Shown piece after piece: positions 8,073-16,495 of a DNA stretch of 29,312 nt. The stretch covers positions 1 to 29,312 of IMG/VR virus record IMGVR_UViG_3300025120_000351; one strand, written 5' to 3'. The position numbers and the translations under genes were made by a program. The first letter of the stretch is position 1, and each line of letters begins with the position of its first letter. The notes under the pieces are model-generated. The model saw only the letters and a program-made list of their open reading frames with translations, searched no databases and had not been told where the DNA came from. Origin of the DNA: a virus. Taxonomy: Duplodnaviria > Caudoviricetes.

Positions 8073-9815
8073 ATGAAGAAGAGATTGTTTCTAGATATAG
8101 AAACTCCGATGATAACTGGAGGCATACTACCCAATAAGATATTTCTTATTGTAGGTAAAGATGCTGAGAGCAAAGAGATATTTTCTTTTACTGAGGATAA
8201 GTTAGAAGACTTTAAAACTTTAGTCAGTAGCTATGATGAATTCGTAGGTCATAACATAATTGGTTTTGATGCACCAGTTATTAACAAAGTGTTAGCTATT
8301 GACCTACATCAACAGGGTAAAGTGATTGATACATTAATACTGTCTCGGTTATTCAATCCTGTACGAGAGGGTGGACACTCTCTTAAATCATGGGGAGATG
8401 CTCTGAGGTTTGACAAGTTAGACTTCAAAGATTTTTCTCAGTACTCTGATGAGATGCTAACTTACTGTGTCAGAGATGTTGAAGTCACGGAGAAAGTATT
8501 AACTTATTTGATAAGAAAGTATCCAGACTTTTCTAAGGAAGCAATTAGACTAGAGCATGATGTCTCTAGAATAATTACACAACAAGAAAGAAATGGTTTT
8601 CTTTTTGACATGGGTAATGCTCATCTTCTTCTTGGTAAGTTAAGAGAAAAGATAAATGAAATAGAAATAAAAGTTAAGGAAAGATTTATACCCTTACCTA
8701 CCTTTGTTAAACAAGTTATACCTCGTCGTCGTAAAGACGGAACACTAAGTACGGTTGGACTAAATAGTCTGGGACAGGGGTGGGTAAATGTTATGGGAGA
8801 ATTTTCTCTCATAGAAATGAAAGAGTTTAACCTAGGAAGTCGGCAACAAATAGGTAGATATCTACAATACTTTGGGTGGAAACCTACAAAGTTTACAGAC
8901 AAGGGTCATATAATTGTAGATGAAAAAGTTCTTGAAGGTGTCAAAGATATACCTGAAGCAGAACTAATAAGAGATTTTCTCTTACTGCAAAAAAGAATAG
9001 CTCAAGTTAGTTCTTGGGTTGAGGCAGTAGCAGAAGATGGGAGAGTACACGGAAGAGTAATAACTAATGGTGCTATTACTGGTAGAATGAGCCATCAGTC
9101 GCCCAACATGGCTCAAGTTCCTGCAGTGTATTCTCCCTACGGAAAAGAATGCAGAGGACTATGGGTAGTACCAAGCGGATACAAACTAGTGGGAGTAGAC
9201 GCAAGTGGTTTAGAATTAAGAATACTTTCTCACTACATGAACGATAAGGAATATATAGATGCTATCATTAATGGAGATATACACACTACAAATCAAAATC
9301 TTGCAGGTCTTAGCACAAGAGACCAAGCAAAAACTTTTATCTATGCCTTCATATATGGAGCAGGTGACGAAAAACTCGGAACTATCGTCGGAGGGAATAG
9401 AAGCGATGGGAAAAAGATTAAAGATAGATTTCTCAGAGGTACTCCAGCCCTTGCAAGTTTTAGACAGCGAGTGGGAAAAGCTACTGGAAAGGGTTGGCTC
9501 AGAGCAATCGACGGAAGAAGACTCATCATCAGAAACAGACACTCCGCCGTCAACACCTTAATACAAGGTGGAGGTGCTATTGTAATGAAGAAGGCACTCA
9601 TCTTACTAGATGATTATGTAATACAAAATAAATTAGAGGCTAGACCAGTGGCAAATGTTCATGATGAATTTCAGTATGAAGTTCTTGAAGAACATGCAGA
9701 TGACTTTGGTAAACTCGCAGTTAACTCAATCGTAAACGCAGGCATCGAATTAGGTATTCGATGTCCATTAAATGGAGAATATAAAAGTGGAAACAACTGG
9801 CAAGAAACACACTAA
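8073..9815 (+). CDS. polA: DNA polymerase family A with 3'-5' exonuclease (T7 gp5-like, Tyr at the 762-equivalent position)
   Basis: Exo motifs LDIET, GHNIIGFD, YCVRDV; motif A DASGLELR; motif B RDQAKTFIYAFIYG; motif C VHDEFQ. Confidence 0.97.
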   Translation: MKKRLFLDIETPMITGGILPNKIFLIVGKDAESKEIFSFTEDKLEDFKTLVSSYDEFVGHNIIGFDAPVINKVLAIDLHQQGKVIDTLILSRLFNPVREGGHSLKSWGDALRFDKLDFKDFSQYSDEMLTYCVRDVEVTEKVLTYLIRKYPDFSKEAIRLEHDVSRIITQQERNGFLFDMGNAHLLLGKLREKINEIEIKVKERFIPLPTFVKQVIPRRRKDGTLSTVGLNSLGQGWVNVMGEFSLIEMKEFNLGSRQQIGRYLQYFGWKPTKFTDKGHIIVDEKVLEGVKDIPEAELIRDFLLLQKRIAQVSSWVEAVAEDGRVHGRVITNGAITGRMSHQSPNMAQVPAVYSPYGKECRGLWVVPSGYKLVGVDASGLELRILSHYMNDKEYIDAIINGDIHTTNQNLAGLSTRDQAKTFIYAFIYGAGDEKLGTIVGGNRSDGKKIKDRFLRGTPALASFRQRVGKATGKGWLRAIDGRRLIIRNRHSAVNTLIQGGGAIVMKKALILLDDYVIQNKLEARPVANVHDEFQYEVLEEHADDFGKLAVNSIVNAGIELGIRCPLNGEYKSGNNWQETH

Positions 9816-10674
9816 GACTTTAGATACTTTAGTTGAGGACATTAACAATGTACTGACAGGTATCTCATCAGGAATTAAACCTGATGTTAAAGAAGAACAA
9901 ATAGATAAGTTCTTAGAAAATACTAAACTGGCTTTACTTGATTGGCTTGAGCCTCGTAAGAGTTCTGGCAAAGGATTGAGAATGTCTATCATTGGTAGAC
10001 CTGCTCGTCAACTATGGTATGATAATAGAGTAGATAAAAAACAAGAGATACATGACCCTTCTACACAACTAAAGTTTTTGTATGGTCATATGCTTGAACA
10101 TTTACTATTGTTTCTTGTTGAAGTATCTGGACACACAGTTACAGACCAACAAAAAAAAGTAAAGGTTGGAGATGTAGTTGGTCATATGGACTGTAAGATA
10201 GATGGTGAAGTTGTTGATGTTAAGTCAGCATCACCAATGTCATTTAAAAAATTTAAGACTGGAAGTTTATATGACAACGACCCCTTCGGATATGTTGCTC
10301 AACTTGCAGGATATGAACACAATGAACCAAGCAGTAATGGTGGTTTGTTTGCAGTAGATAAATCATCAGGCGAGATTGCATTGTTTAGACCAGATGAACT
10401 AATGAAACCCAATGCAGAAGAATTAATTAAAACTTTAAAGGAGAAAATACAAAGTGAAGAACCACCTGAAAAATGTTATCAACCGATTCCACATGACAAG
10501 ACAGGGAATTATAAACTTCCTGTCGGGTGCGTATACTGTTCTCATAAGTTTCTTTGTCATAGTGATACTAACGAGGGTCGTGGACTTCGAGTATTTAAAT
10601 ATGCCAACTCTAATGTGTTCATGACTACGGTAGCGAACACTCCAAAAGTAGAGGAGATAACTAACAATGAATAG
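9772..10674 (+). CDS. Cas4-like PD-(D/E)XK exonuclease
   Basis: GHMDCKIDGEVVDVKS, YVAQLAGY, C-terminal CVYCSHKFLC; real start may be GTG at 9787 (GGAG upstream). Confidence 0.8.
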   Translation: MENIKVETTGKKHTKTLDTLVEDINNVLTGISSGIKPDVKEEQIDKFLENTKLALLDWLEPRKSSGKGLRMSIIGRPARQLWYDNRVDKKQEIHDPSTQLKFLYGHMLEHLLLFLVEVSGHTVTDQQKKVKVGDVVGHMDCKIDGEVVDVKSASPMSFKKFKTGSLYDNDPFGYVAQLAGYEHNEPSSNGGLFAVDKSSGEIALFRPDELMKPNAEELIKTLKEKIQSEEPPEKCYQPIPHDKTGNYKLPVGCVYCSHKFLCHSDTNEGRGLRVFKYANSNVFMTTVANTPKVEEITNNE

Positions 10675-10960
10675 AAAAAAAATAAAAGTGTTAAGACGTA
10701 GAGCTAAACATATATTAGTTGAATGGTTACAGTCTTTACTTCCAGACGAAGAAAAAGATAAAGTTAATATTAATACTATTCTTTATTTAATGCCTAAGCA
10801 AACTCATTACATGCACAACTTTCAAATATATCAAAGTGCTTGGTCATTTAAATGGGTAATGAAAAGATTAAAATTAAATCCTCATTGGACTTTTAAAGAG
10901 ATTAATGAAAGTTCTTTACCTAGTGCAAGACAATTAAGTAGACAGGACACAGATGACTAA
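10667..10960 (+). CDS. hypothetical protein (97 aa)
   Basis: ORF track; GAGGAG SD; overlaps neighbours. Confidence 0.75.
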   Translation: MNRKKIKVLRRRAKHILVEWLQSLLPDEEKDKVNINTILYLMPKQTHYMHNFQIYQSAWSFKWVMKRLKLNPHWTFKEINESSLPSARQLSRQDTDD

Positions 10961-11315
10961 GTATCGTTCTAAGTTTGAGAAGACTGTTGTTACTGGTCTT
11001 CAAAAGAAAAAAATAAAATATAAGTATGAAGAATATATTATTAAGTTTACTCAGCCTGCTATTGACAGAACATATCTTCCTGATTTATATTTTCCTAAGA
11101 CAGATATTTTTGTAGAATTAAAAGGTGTCTTAAAACTAGAAGATAGAAAGAAACATCTATGGATAAAAGACCAAACAGATTATGATATTCGTTTTTGTTT
11201 TATGAATGCGAACAATAAAATTAGAAAAGGTTCAAAGACAAGCTATATAAACTGGTGTGAAGCTAATGATATTTTATGGTGTGACAAAGAGATACCTTTA
11301 GATTGGATGAAGTAA
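10953..11315 (+). CDS. endonuclease I / Holliday junction resolvase (T7 gp3-like)
   Basis: YRSKFE, YLPDL, FVELKG, DRKKH, DIRFCF motifs. Confidence 0.9.
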   Translation: MTKYRSKFEKTVVTGLQKKKIKYKYEEYIIKFTQPAIDRTYLPDLYFPKTDIFVELKGVLKLEDRKKHLWIKDQTDYDIRFCFMNANNKIRKGSKTSYINWCEANDILWCDKEIPLDWMK

Positions 11316-11566
11316 TGAAGATAACTAAAGACAATGCTTACATTATACTAACACCTGACACACCTAATGAGGGTGATGTCGGATTAGAAATGATAAACTA
11401 TACTGACAACCCTAACATAGATACCTTAGCTTATGGTATCAAATGGTTAGTAACTCAAAACCCTGAACTAGTATATTACATAGGGGCAAGAGAAATGGAA
11501 TACGAAGTAATTAAATCAATGCAAAAAGGAAAGGAAGAACCAGATGAAGACCCAAGTCTACACTAA
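11303..11566 (+). CDS. hypothetical protein
   Basis: ORF track; likely start at 11315 via TAATG overlap. Confidence 0.7.
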   Translation: MDEVMKITKDNAYIILTPDTPNEGDVGLEMINYTDNPNIDTLAYGIKWLVTQNPELVYYIGAREMEYEVIKSMQKGKEEPDEDPSLH

Positions 11567-11837
11567 ACAACTAATAGAAAAAGCAAAACTAATTGTCTCT
11601 ACTGATAGAGAAAAAACCCACGGAAACAAACAGATTAATCATGATAACATAGCTAAGATGTGGTCAGCTTATCTTGATATACCAATGAATGGTCTTGATG
11701 TTGCACTAATGATGACCTTATTAAAGGTTGCAAGAACTAAAGCAGGCTCACATAACCCAGATGATTACGTTGATATGGTTGGTTATAGTGCTATTGCTGG
11801 AGAATTAGCAGAGAAAGGAAACAACAATGTTAAGTAA
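11544..11837 (+). CDS. DUF6378-like conserved phage protein
   Basis: DR..HG, IAKMWSAYL, DVALMMTLLKVAR, DDYVDMVGY pattern. Confidence 0.7.
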   Translation: MKTQVYTKQLIEKAKLIVSTDREKTHGNKQINHDNIAKMWSAYLDIPMNGLDVALMMTLLKVARTKAGSHNPDDYVDMVGYSAIAGELAEKGNNNVK

Positions 11838-13755
11838 TCAATTACCAACTACCTATCAACAATTTATTCATGCCTCTAGGTATGCTAGGTTTGTTGAAGA
11901 ACATAAACGCAGAGAGTCTTGGAGTGAAACAGTCACTAGATACTTTGACTTTATGCAAGAACATTTAAAAGAAAACAATAAGTATAATTTACCTAAAGAG
12001 TTACGCACCGAATTAGAAGATGCTGTTTTAAGTTTAAGTATTATGCCTTCTATGAGAGCACTCATGACTGCAGGTAACGCACTTAAGAGAGACCATACTG
12101 CAGGTTATAACTGTAGTTATATTCCTATCAATGATGTTAGAAGCTTTGATGAAGTTATGTATATACTACTATGTGGTACAGGAGTAGGCTTCTCAGTTGA
12201 AAGAGATTATGTTGAAGAGCTTCCAACAATTGCAGAAGAGTTTGAAAATACTGATACTATAATTGTAGTACAAGATAGTAAAGCTGGGTGGGCTAAAGCT
12301 TTCAGAGAATTAATTGCTATGTTATATGGCGGACAAATTCCTAAGATAGATGTAACAAGAATCAGACCTGCAGGAGCTAGACTAAAAACTTTTGGTGGTC
12401 GTGCTAGTGGGCCTCAACCTCTTGTAGATTTGTTTGACTTTGCAATTACCACATTTAAAAACGCCACAGGTAGAAAGCTTGACGCTCTTGAGTGCCATGA
12501 TTTAGTCTGTAAAGTTGGGGAGGTTGTTGTTGTAGGTGGTGTTAGACGTAGTGCTTTAATATCTCTAAGCAATATACAAGATGACAGAATGAGAAATGCT
12601 AAGAGTGGTTCTTGGTGGATGACCGAACCACAAAGAGCACTATCAAATAACTCAGCTTGTTATACTCGTACCCCTGATATGGCTTTATTCATGACAGAAT
12701 GGAAGTCATTGTATGATAGTAAGTCAGGTGAACGAGGTATTTTTAATCGACAGGCGGCTAAAGATAAAGCCGAACAGAGTGGTCGTCGTGATATTGACCA
12801 TGATTTTGGTACCAATCCTTGTTCAGAAATTATTCTTAGACCTTATCAGTTTTGTAATTTAACTGAGGTTGTAGTTCGTGCTACTGATAGTGAGAAAGAC
12901 TTAGTAAAAAAAGTAAAACTTGCTACGATACTAGGAACATTTCAATCAAGTCTTACTGACTTTAAGTATATAAGAAAAATATGGAAATCTAATACCGAAG
13001 AAGAAAGATTACTTGGTGTATCTTTAACTGGTATTATGGATTCAACTGTAACTAACAAACCTAAAGATGGTTTTCTTAATGAGCTTAAGCAATCTACTAT
13101 TGATACTAATAAAGAGTTTGCTAAGAAACTTAAGATACCACAGTCAACTGCAATCACTTGTGTAAAACCTAGTGGTACAGTAAGTCAGTTAGTTGATAGT
13201 GCTTCTGGTATACATACTAGACACAATCCTTATTACATTCGTACTGTAAGATGTGATAAGAAAGACCCTTTGACTCAGCTTATGATTGATAAGGGTGTAC
13301 CACACGAGCCTGATGTAACTAAACCTGATTCAGTTATGGTGTTTTCTTTTCCTACTGAATCACCAAAGGGTTCGATAACTCGTAATGATAAGACAGCTAT
13401 AGAACAATTAGAACTATGGTTAAAGTATCAACGAGAGTGGTGCGAACACAAGCCTTCTGTGACCATTAGTGTTAAAGAACATGAGTGGATGGAAGTTGGA
13501 GCATGGGTGTATAAACATTTCAATGAAGTATCTGGAATTAGTTTCCTTCCTTATACTGACCATGTATACAAGCAAGCTCCCTATCAAGATATAACAAGAG
13601 AAGAATATCTTGAATGGAAAAAAAAGATGCCTAAAACTATAGACTTTTCTTTACTAAGTGAATACGAATCCGAAGACAACACTACAGGTTCACAAGAACT
13701 TGCGTGTACTGGTGGAGTGTGTGAGTTGGTAGACACCACACAAGAGATAGCTTAG
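11827..13755 (+). CDS. nrdJ: class II adenosylcobalamin-dependent ribonucleotide reductase
   Basis: PSMRALM, YNCSY, GGVRRSALI, TNPCSEI, FCNLTE, TCVKPSGTVSQL, C-terminal CTGGVC; no small subunit gene nearby. Confidence 0.93.
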   Translation: MLSNQLPTTYQQFIHASRYARFVEEHKRRESWSETVTRYFDFMQEHLKENNKYNLPKELRTELEDAVLSLSIMPSMRALMTAGNALKRDHTAGYNCSYIPINDVRSFDEVMYILLCGTGVGFSVERDYVEELPTIAEEFENTDTIIVVQDSKAGWAKAFRELIAMLYGGQIPKIDVTRIRPAGARLKTFGGRASGPQPLVDLFDFAITTFKNATGRKLDALECHDLVCKVGEVVVVGGVRRSALISLSNIQDDRMRNAKSGSWWMTEPQRALSNNSACYTRTPDMALFMTEWKSLYDSKSGERGIFNRQAAKDKAEQSGRRDIDHDFGTNPCSEIILRPYQFCNLTEVVVRATDSEKDLVKKVKLATILGTFQSSLTDFKYIRKIWKSNTEEERLLGVSLTGIMDSTVTNKPKDGFLNELKQSTIDTNKEFAKKLKIPQSTAITCVKPSGTVSQLVDSASGIHTRHNPYYIRTVRCDKKDPLTQLMIDKGVPHEPDVTKPDSVMVFSFPTESPKGSITRNDKTAIEQLELWLKYQREWCEHKPSVTISVKEHEWMEVGAWVYKHFNEVSGISFLPYTDHVYKQAPYQDITREEYLEWKKKMPKTIDFSLLSEYESEDNTTGSQELACTGGVCELVDTTQEIA

Positions 13756-13995
13756 ATGAAAAAGAAAATTATAAAAGAAGGAGTTATTGCTAGCTATAGT
13801 GTGCTAGTTAATAACAAAGGGGAGCTGATATCAGAAGTGTCAGCTCTTCCTGAAAAGAAAGCAGACATAATGACTGAAACATTTAAAAGGAGTGAAGAAG
13901 AAAAACAATTTTATATTCAACTTGTCAAAGAACTTAAGATAAAGTTTAATGAAATAGAAAAATGGATACAAAAATATATAACTTCTATAAATTAA
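13756..13995 (+). CDS. hypothetical protein (79 aa)
   Basis: ORF track; abuts the RNR stop. Confidence 0.65.
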   Translation: MKKKIIKEGVIASYSVLVNNKGELISEVSALPEKKADIMTETFKRSEEEKQFYIQLVKELKIKFNEIEKWIQKYITSIN

Positions 13996-13997
13996 TT

Positions 13998-14378
13998 ATG
14001 AAAACATTTGTATACGGTACATTAAAAAAAGGAAAAAGACTTCATTCTATTATTGAGGACGCAACTTTTATGGGAACACATGAGACTAAACAATCTTTTG
14101 ATATAAAAGATTACGCTAATGGTGCTTTCCCTATTGTGTTCTTACCTAAAGACGATGGGTATAAAATAAAAGGTGAGTTGTATGATTTAGATAGTAAGAG
14201 TATGAGTTATGTTTGGAGTTTAGAAACAGGTGCAGGTTATTCTCCTGTTGAGATAGATGTAGGAGACCATACTGCAGTTGCATTTATATACCCTCAGTTT
14301 GCTGAGAGCTCAGCTATTGAGGTAACTGATAAGTATATATCTACTAGTAATGATGTTAAGGAATGGACTGGAGTTTAA
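13998..14378 (+). CDS. gamma-glutamylcyclotransferase (GGCT/AIG2-like); start revised from 13962
   Basis: N-terminal FVYGTLKKG signature, IKGELY, conserved Glu in LETGAGY. Confidence 0.88.
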   Translation: MKTFVYGTLKKGKRLHSIIEDATFMGTHETKQSFDIKDYANGAFPIVFLPKDDGYKIKGELYDLDSKSMSYVWSLETGAGYSPVEIDVGDHTAVAFIYPQFAESSAIEVTDKYISTSNDVKEWTGV

Positions 14379-14380
14379 GA

Positions 14381-14575
14381 TTATTTATTAGCTTTTTTCT
14401 TTAATCTTTTAAAAATTTTTGTAATTTGTTTATCAAGTTTTTCATGCATGTGTTGTTGTTCATGTTGCATTTTTAAAACTTCTTGTTGCAAATTAATTGT
14501 AGATATTAAGTTCCAACTAATTAAAGCCATCAATCCTAGAAGAGCTACTCCTATAACTTTTTCTGCTAAATTCAT
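14381..14575 (-). CDS. small membrane-anchored coiled-coil protein (64 aa)
   Basis: ORF track; N-terminal hydrophobic helix then Gln/Lys-rich helix. Confidence 0.7.
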   Translation of the reverse strand: MNLAEKVIGVALLGLMALISWNLISTINLQQEVLKMQHEQQHMHEKLDKQITKIFKRLKKKANK

Positions 14576-14799
14576 TTAATAATTTTTTCACAATGTTTGA
14601 CACCAGTTTGGTCTACTGAAAATTCACATTGCTCTAGCGTACAAGTATATTGTACTTGATTGCCTGAGTTACGCTCAGCTAAACGCTTAGCCGCTAAGCA
14701 TGTGCTAAGGTTGTCCTGGTGATACCAACCTTCTATATTTTTATTACCGCCATCATAAACGTACAAGCTAAGTATTATAACTGTTTCAATGAGCCCCAT
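14572..14799 (-). CDS. small Cys-containing protein (75 aa)
   Basis: ORF track; hydrophobic N-terminus, four Cys; overlaps both neighbours. Confidence 0.7.
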   Translation of the reverse strand: MGLIETVIILSLYVYDGGNKNIEGWYHQDNLSTCLAAKRLAERNSGNQVQYTCTLEQCEFSVDQTGVKHCEKIIK

Positions 14800-15160
14800 T
14801 CTTTCTCTCCTCTAAATCTATAAGTCTATCTTCATGGAATTGTATAATCATTTCGTTTTTAAGTATCAATGGAATCTCTTGTTCCATTTGTTCTTTTAAT
14901 TTTTCTACATTACCTGATAAATATTCTACCAACATATAAAGTTCTTGTATTTGTGGTGATACCATATCACCTTTAGGTACACCTTCTATAAACTGATTGG
15001 CTGATGTTATGTCTTTCTCCATTAACTGTAAGGTAGTTTCAATAGAGTTAAGTCTTTCAACAATAGTAAAGTAACTCATCGTACCAATTGCAACAGCTGC
15101 AAGTATAGCTAATAGATTTCTTGCAGGTAATGATATCTGTGTTGAGTCTGATAGCTTCAT
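14786..15160 (-). CDS. membrane-anchored coiled-coil protein (124 aa)
   Basis: ORF track; TM LLAILAAVAIGTMSYF followed by heptad-rich helix. Confidence 0.75.
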   Translation of the reverse strand: MKLSDSTQISLPARNLLAILAAVAIGTMSYFTIVERLNSIETTLQLMEKDITSANQFIEGVPKGDMVSPQIQELYMLVEYLSGNVEKLKEQMEQEIPLILKNEMIIQFHEDRLIDLEERKNGAH

Positions 15161-15372
15161 ACAACTTCGCCATACCTTGACTCACAATAAAATTCAAAAC
15201 CTGTCATGTCATCACCATACTCAATAAGGTGTGGAGCTAACAACTCAACCTTATTATCAGTGATAAATTCCCAACACGACCAAGTATCGTTAAATGATTT
15301 TAATTTATACTCTCTACTGTGTTGTTCTCCACCAGTAAATGTTAACATAATAGTTATAACAAAGTACATCAT
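15157..15372 (-). CDS. hypothetical protein (71 aa)
   Basis: ORF track; ATGA overlaps; hydrophobic N-terminus, two Cys. Confidence 0.7.
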   Translation of the reverse strand: MMYFVITIMLTFTGGEQHSREYKLKSFNDTWSCWEFITDNKVELLAPHLIEYGDDMTGFEFYCESRYGEVV

Positions 15373-15809
15373 TTTTTAACTAAACTTCCTCCAAAGTATA
15401 GACCAATAATTGCCGCCACTAAATTAGTATCAAGTGGTGTAATTACAATTCCAGGTGCTGCCATTGGTACCCATTTCATTATCTCTTTACCTTCTGTAAG
15501 GAATAAGAATCCAGGTTTAAACTCAAGATATCCTACTATTATTTGTACTTCTGGTGCAAATATAGGAATAAGTTTAGGCAATACAACAATAGAAAAAATT
15601 GCAGTTAAAGCAATGATACGTCTTGTCCATTGAAACCCTGTGTTCTCATACTCTCTTGCCGATTTAAAACCTTCTTGTTGAACAGCATTTCTTTCTATAA
15701 GAAGTTTTTGTTCTGATTCTTTAGCTTTAATTTTCTGTGACCATATGCTCATGACTCCACCAAGTACGGTAGAGCCAAGCATGGTAATCATTTCAAATGG
15801 TATACCCAT
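15369..15809 (-). CDS. membrane protein, putative holin (3 hydrophobic segments)
   Basis: Layout of N-terminal helix, charged linker, WTRR-TM, C-terminal IIGLYFGG-KK resembles 3TM holins. Confidence 0.5.
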   Translation of the reverse strand: MGIPFEMITMLGSTVLGGVMSIWSQKIKAKESEQKLLIERNAVQQEGFKSAREYENTGFQWTRRIIALTAIFSIVVLPKLIPIFAPEVQIIVGYLEFKPGFLFLTEGKEIMKWVPMAAPGIVITPLDTNLVAAIIGLYFGGSLVKK

Positions 15810-15817
15810 AATATTAC

Positions 15818-15925
15818 CTACTTAAGTATAACAGCAATGACTGCCACTACACATATAGCTAAAGCTATTTGTTTATGTTTAGGCATAGACATTACTTTAT
15901 CTTTAATCCAATTTAGTTTTTCCAT
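15818..15925 (-). CDS. small membrane protein (35 aa)
   Basis: Manually translated MEKLNWIKDKVMSMPKHKQIALAICVVAVIAVILK; AAAGGAG SD. Confidence 0.65.
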   Translation of the reverse strand: MEKLNWIKDKVMSMPKHKQIALAICVVAVIAVILK

Positions 15926-15973
15926 ATAGTTCTCCTTTGTTAATTTATAAAACTCCTGCCCCACACATGAGTG

Positions 15974-16414
15974 TTATTTTATTTTTATTGTCTTACTCTT
16001 CTTCTCTTCTGGAAGGTTAAGCTTCATCTTAATTAAAAGTATGCCGTCTTTAAACTCTGCATCTTTAACTTCAAGATGTTCTGCAAGAGTCCACTTCCTA
16101 GTGAAGGCTCTCTTTGCTATTCCTTTGTGAAGAAAACTTTCCTCTTCGTCTTTTGATTCTTTAGAAGCTGATATAGTTAAGACATCTTCTTTGACTTCTA
16201 CATCGATATCACCTTTAGTGAATCCTGCTAAAGCCATTTCCAATTCATAACCATCAGTACCTAGCTTACGAATATTGTAAGGTGGGTAACTTGGTGCTTC
16301 AAAGTTTGACATTGAAGACAGTTGGTCAAAGATAGAATCAAAGCCGACTGTTAAGTTTTTAAATGGGTCTGCATTAAACATCAGACCTCTTCTTGTTGTT
16401 GTAGGTATATTCAT
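15974..16414 (-). CDS. hsp20: small heat shock protein Hsp20 (IbpA-like)
   Basis: VGFD, SYPPYNI, EMALAGF, FLHKGIAKRAF, FKDGILLI, C-terminal IKI (IXI) motif. Confidence 0.95.
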   Translation of the reverse strand: MNIPTTTRRGLMFNADPFKNLTVGFDSIFDQLSSMSNFEAPSYPPYNIRKLGTDGYELEMALAGFTKGDIDVEVKEDVLTISASKESKDEEESFLHKGIAKRAFTRKWTLAEHLEVKDAEFKDGILLIKMKLNLPEEKKSKTIKIK

Positions 16415-16418
16415 AATT

Positions 16419-16440
16419 AACTCCTTTCATTAAGCAAGTT
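16419..16440 (-). promoter_or_regulatory. ROSE-like RNA thermometer hairpin occluding the hsp20 SD
   Basis: Transcript AACUUGCUU-AAUGA-AAGGAGUU; UUGCU with bulged G pairs with the AGGAG SD, 4 nt before AUG. Confidence 0.7.
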
Positions 16441-16495
16441 ATTGTTGTTATTGTTGTTGTCATCTAGAGTGCTACCTATAAGCCACTCCAAATAT

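Noticed and set aside
8073-9815. HMO-2011-type polymerase with DnaJ insert, or an intein
   Set aside because: No CxxCxGxG repeats; 580 aa leaves no room for an insertion.
9772-10674. CRISPR-Cas system
   Set aside because: Cas4-like gene is alone; no repeat-spacer array or other cas genes seen.
1178-13157. Antisense or alternate-frame ORFs in the + arm (1178, 2826, 2942, 3196, 4785, 5636, 6729, 7290, 8621, 9216, 9259, 9341, 9768, 11868, 12942)
   Set aside because: Shadows of well-supported genes or of low-complexity DNA; no recognisable motifs. The His-rich 1178 ORF is just the complement of GAT/GAG-rich codons.
15948-15973. Intrinsic terminator after hsp20
   Set aside because: Stem ACTCATG/CAGGAGT is short with a mismatch; followed by a few U residues but too weak to call.
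16467-16475. CIRCE operator upstream of hsp20
   Set aside because: Only one half-site (TAGCACTC on the - strand); no second arm at 9-bp spacing. Better explained as one arm of the RNA hairpin.
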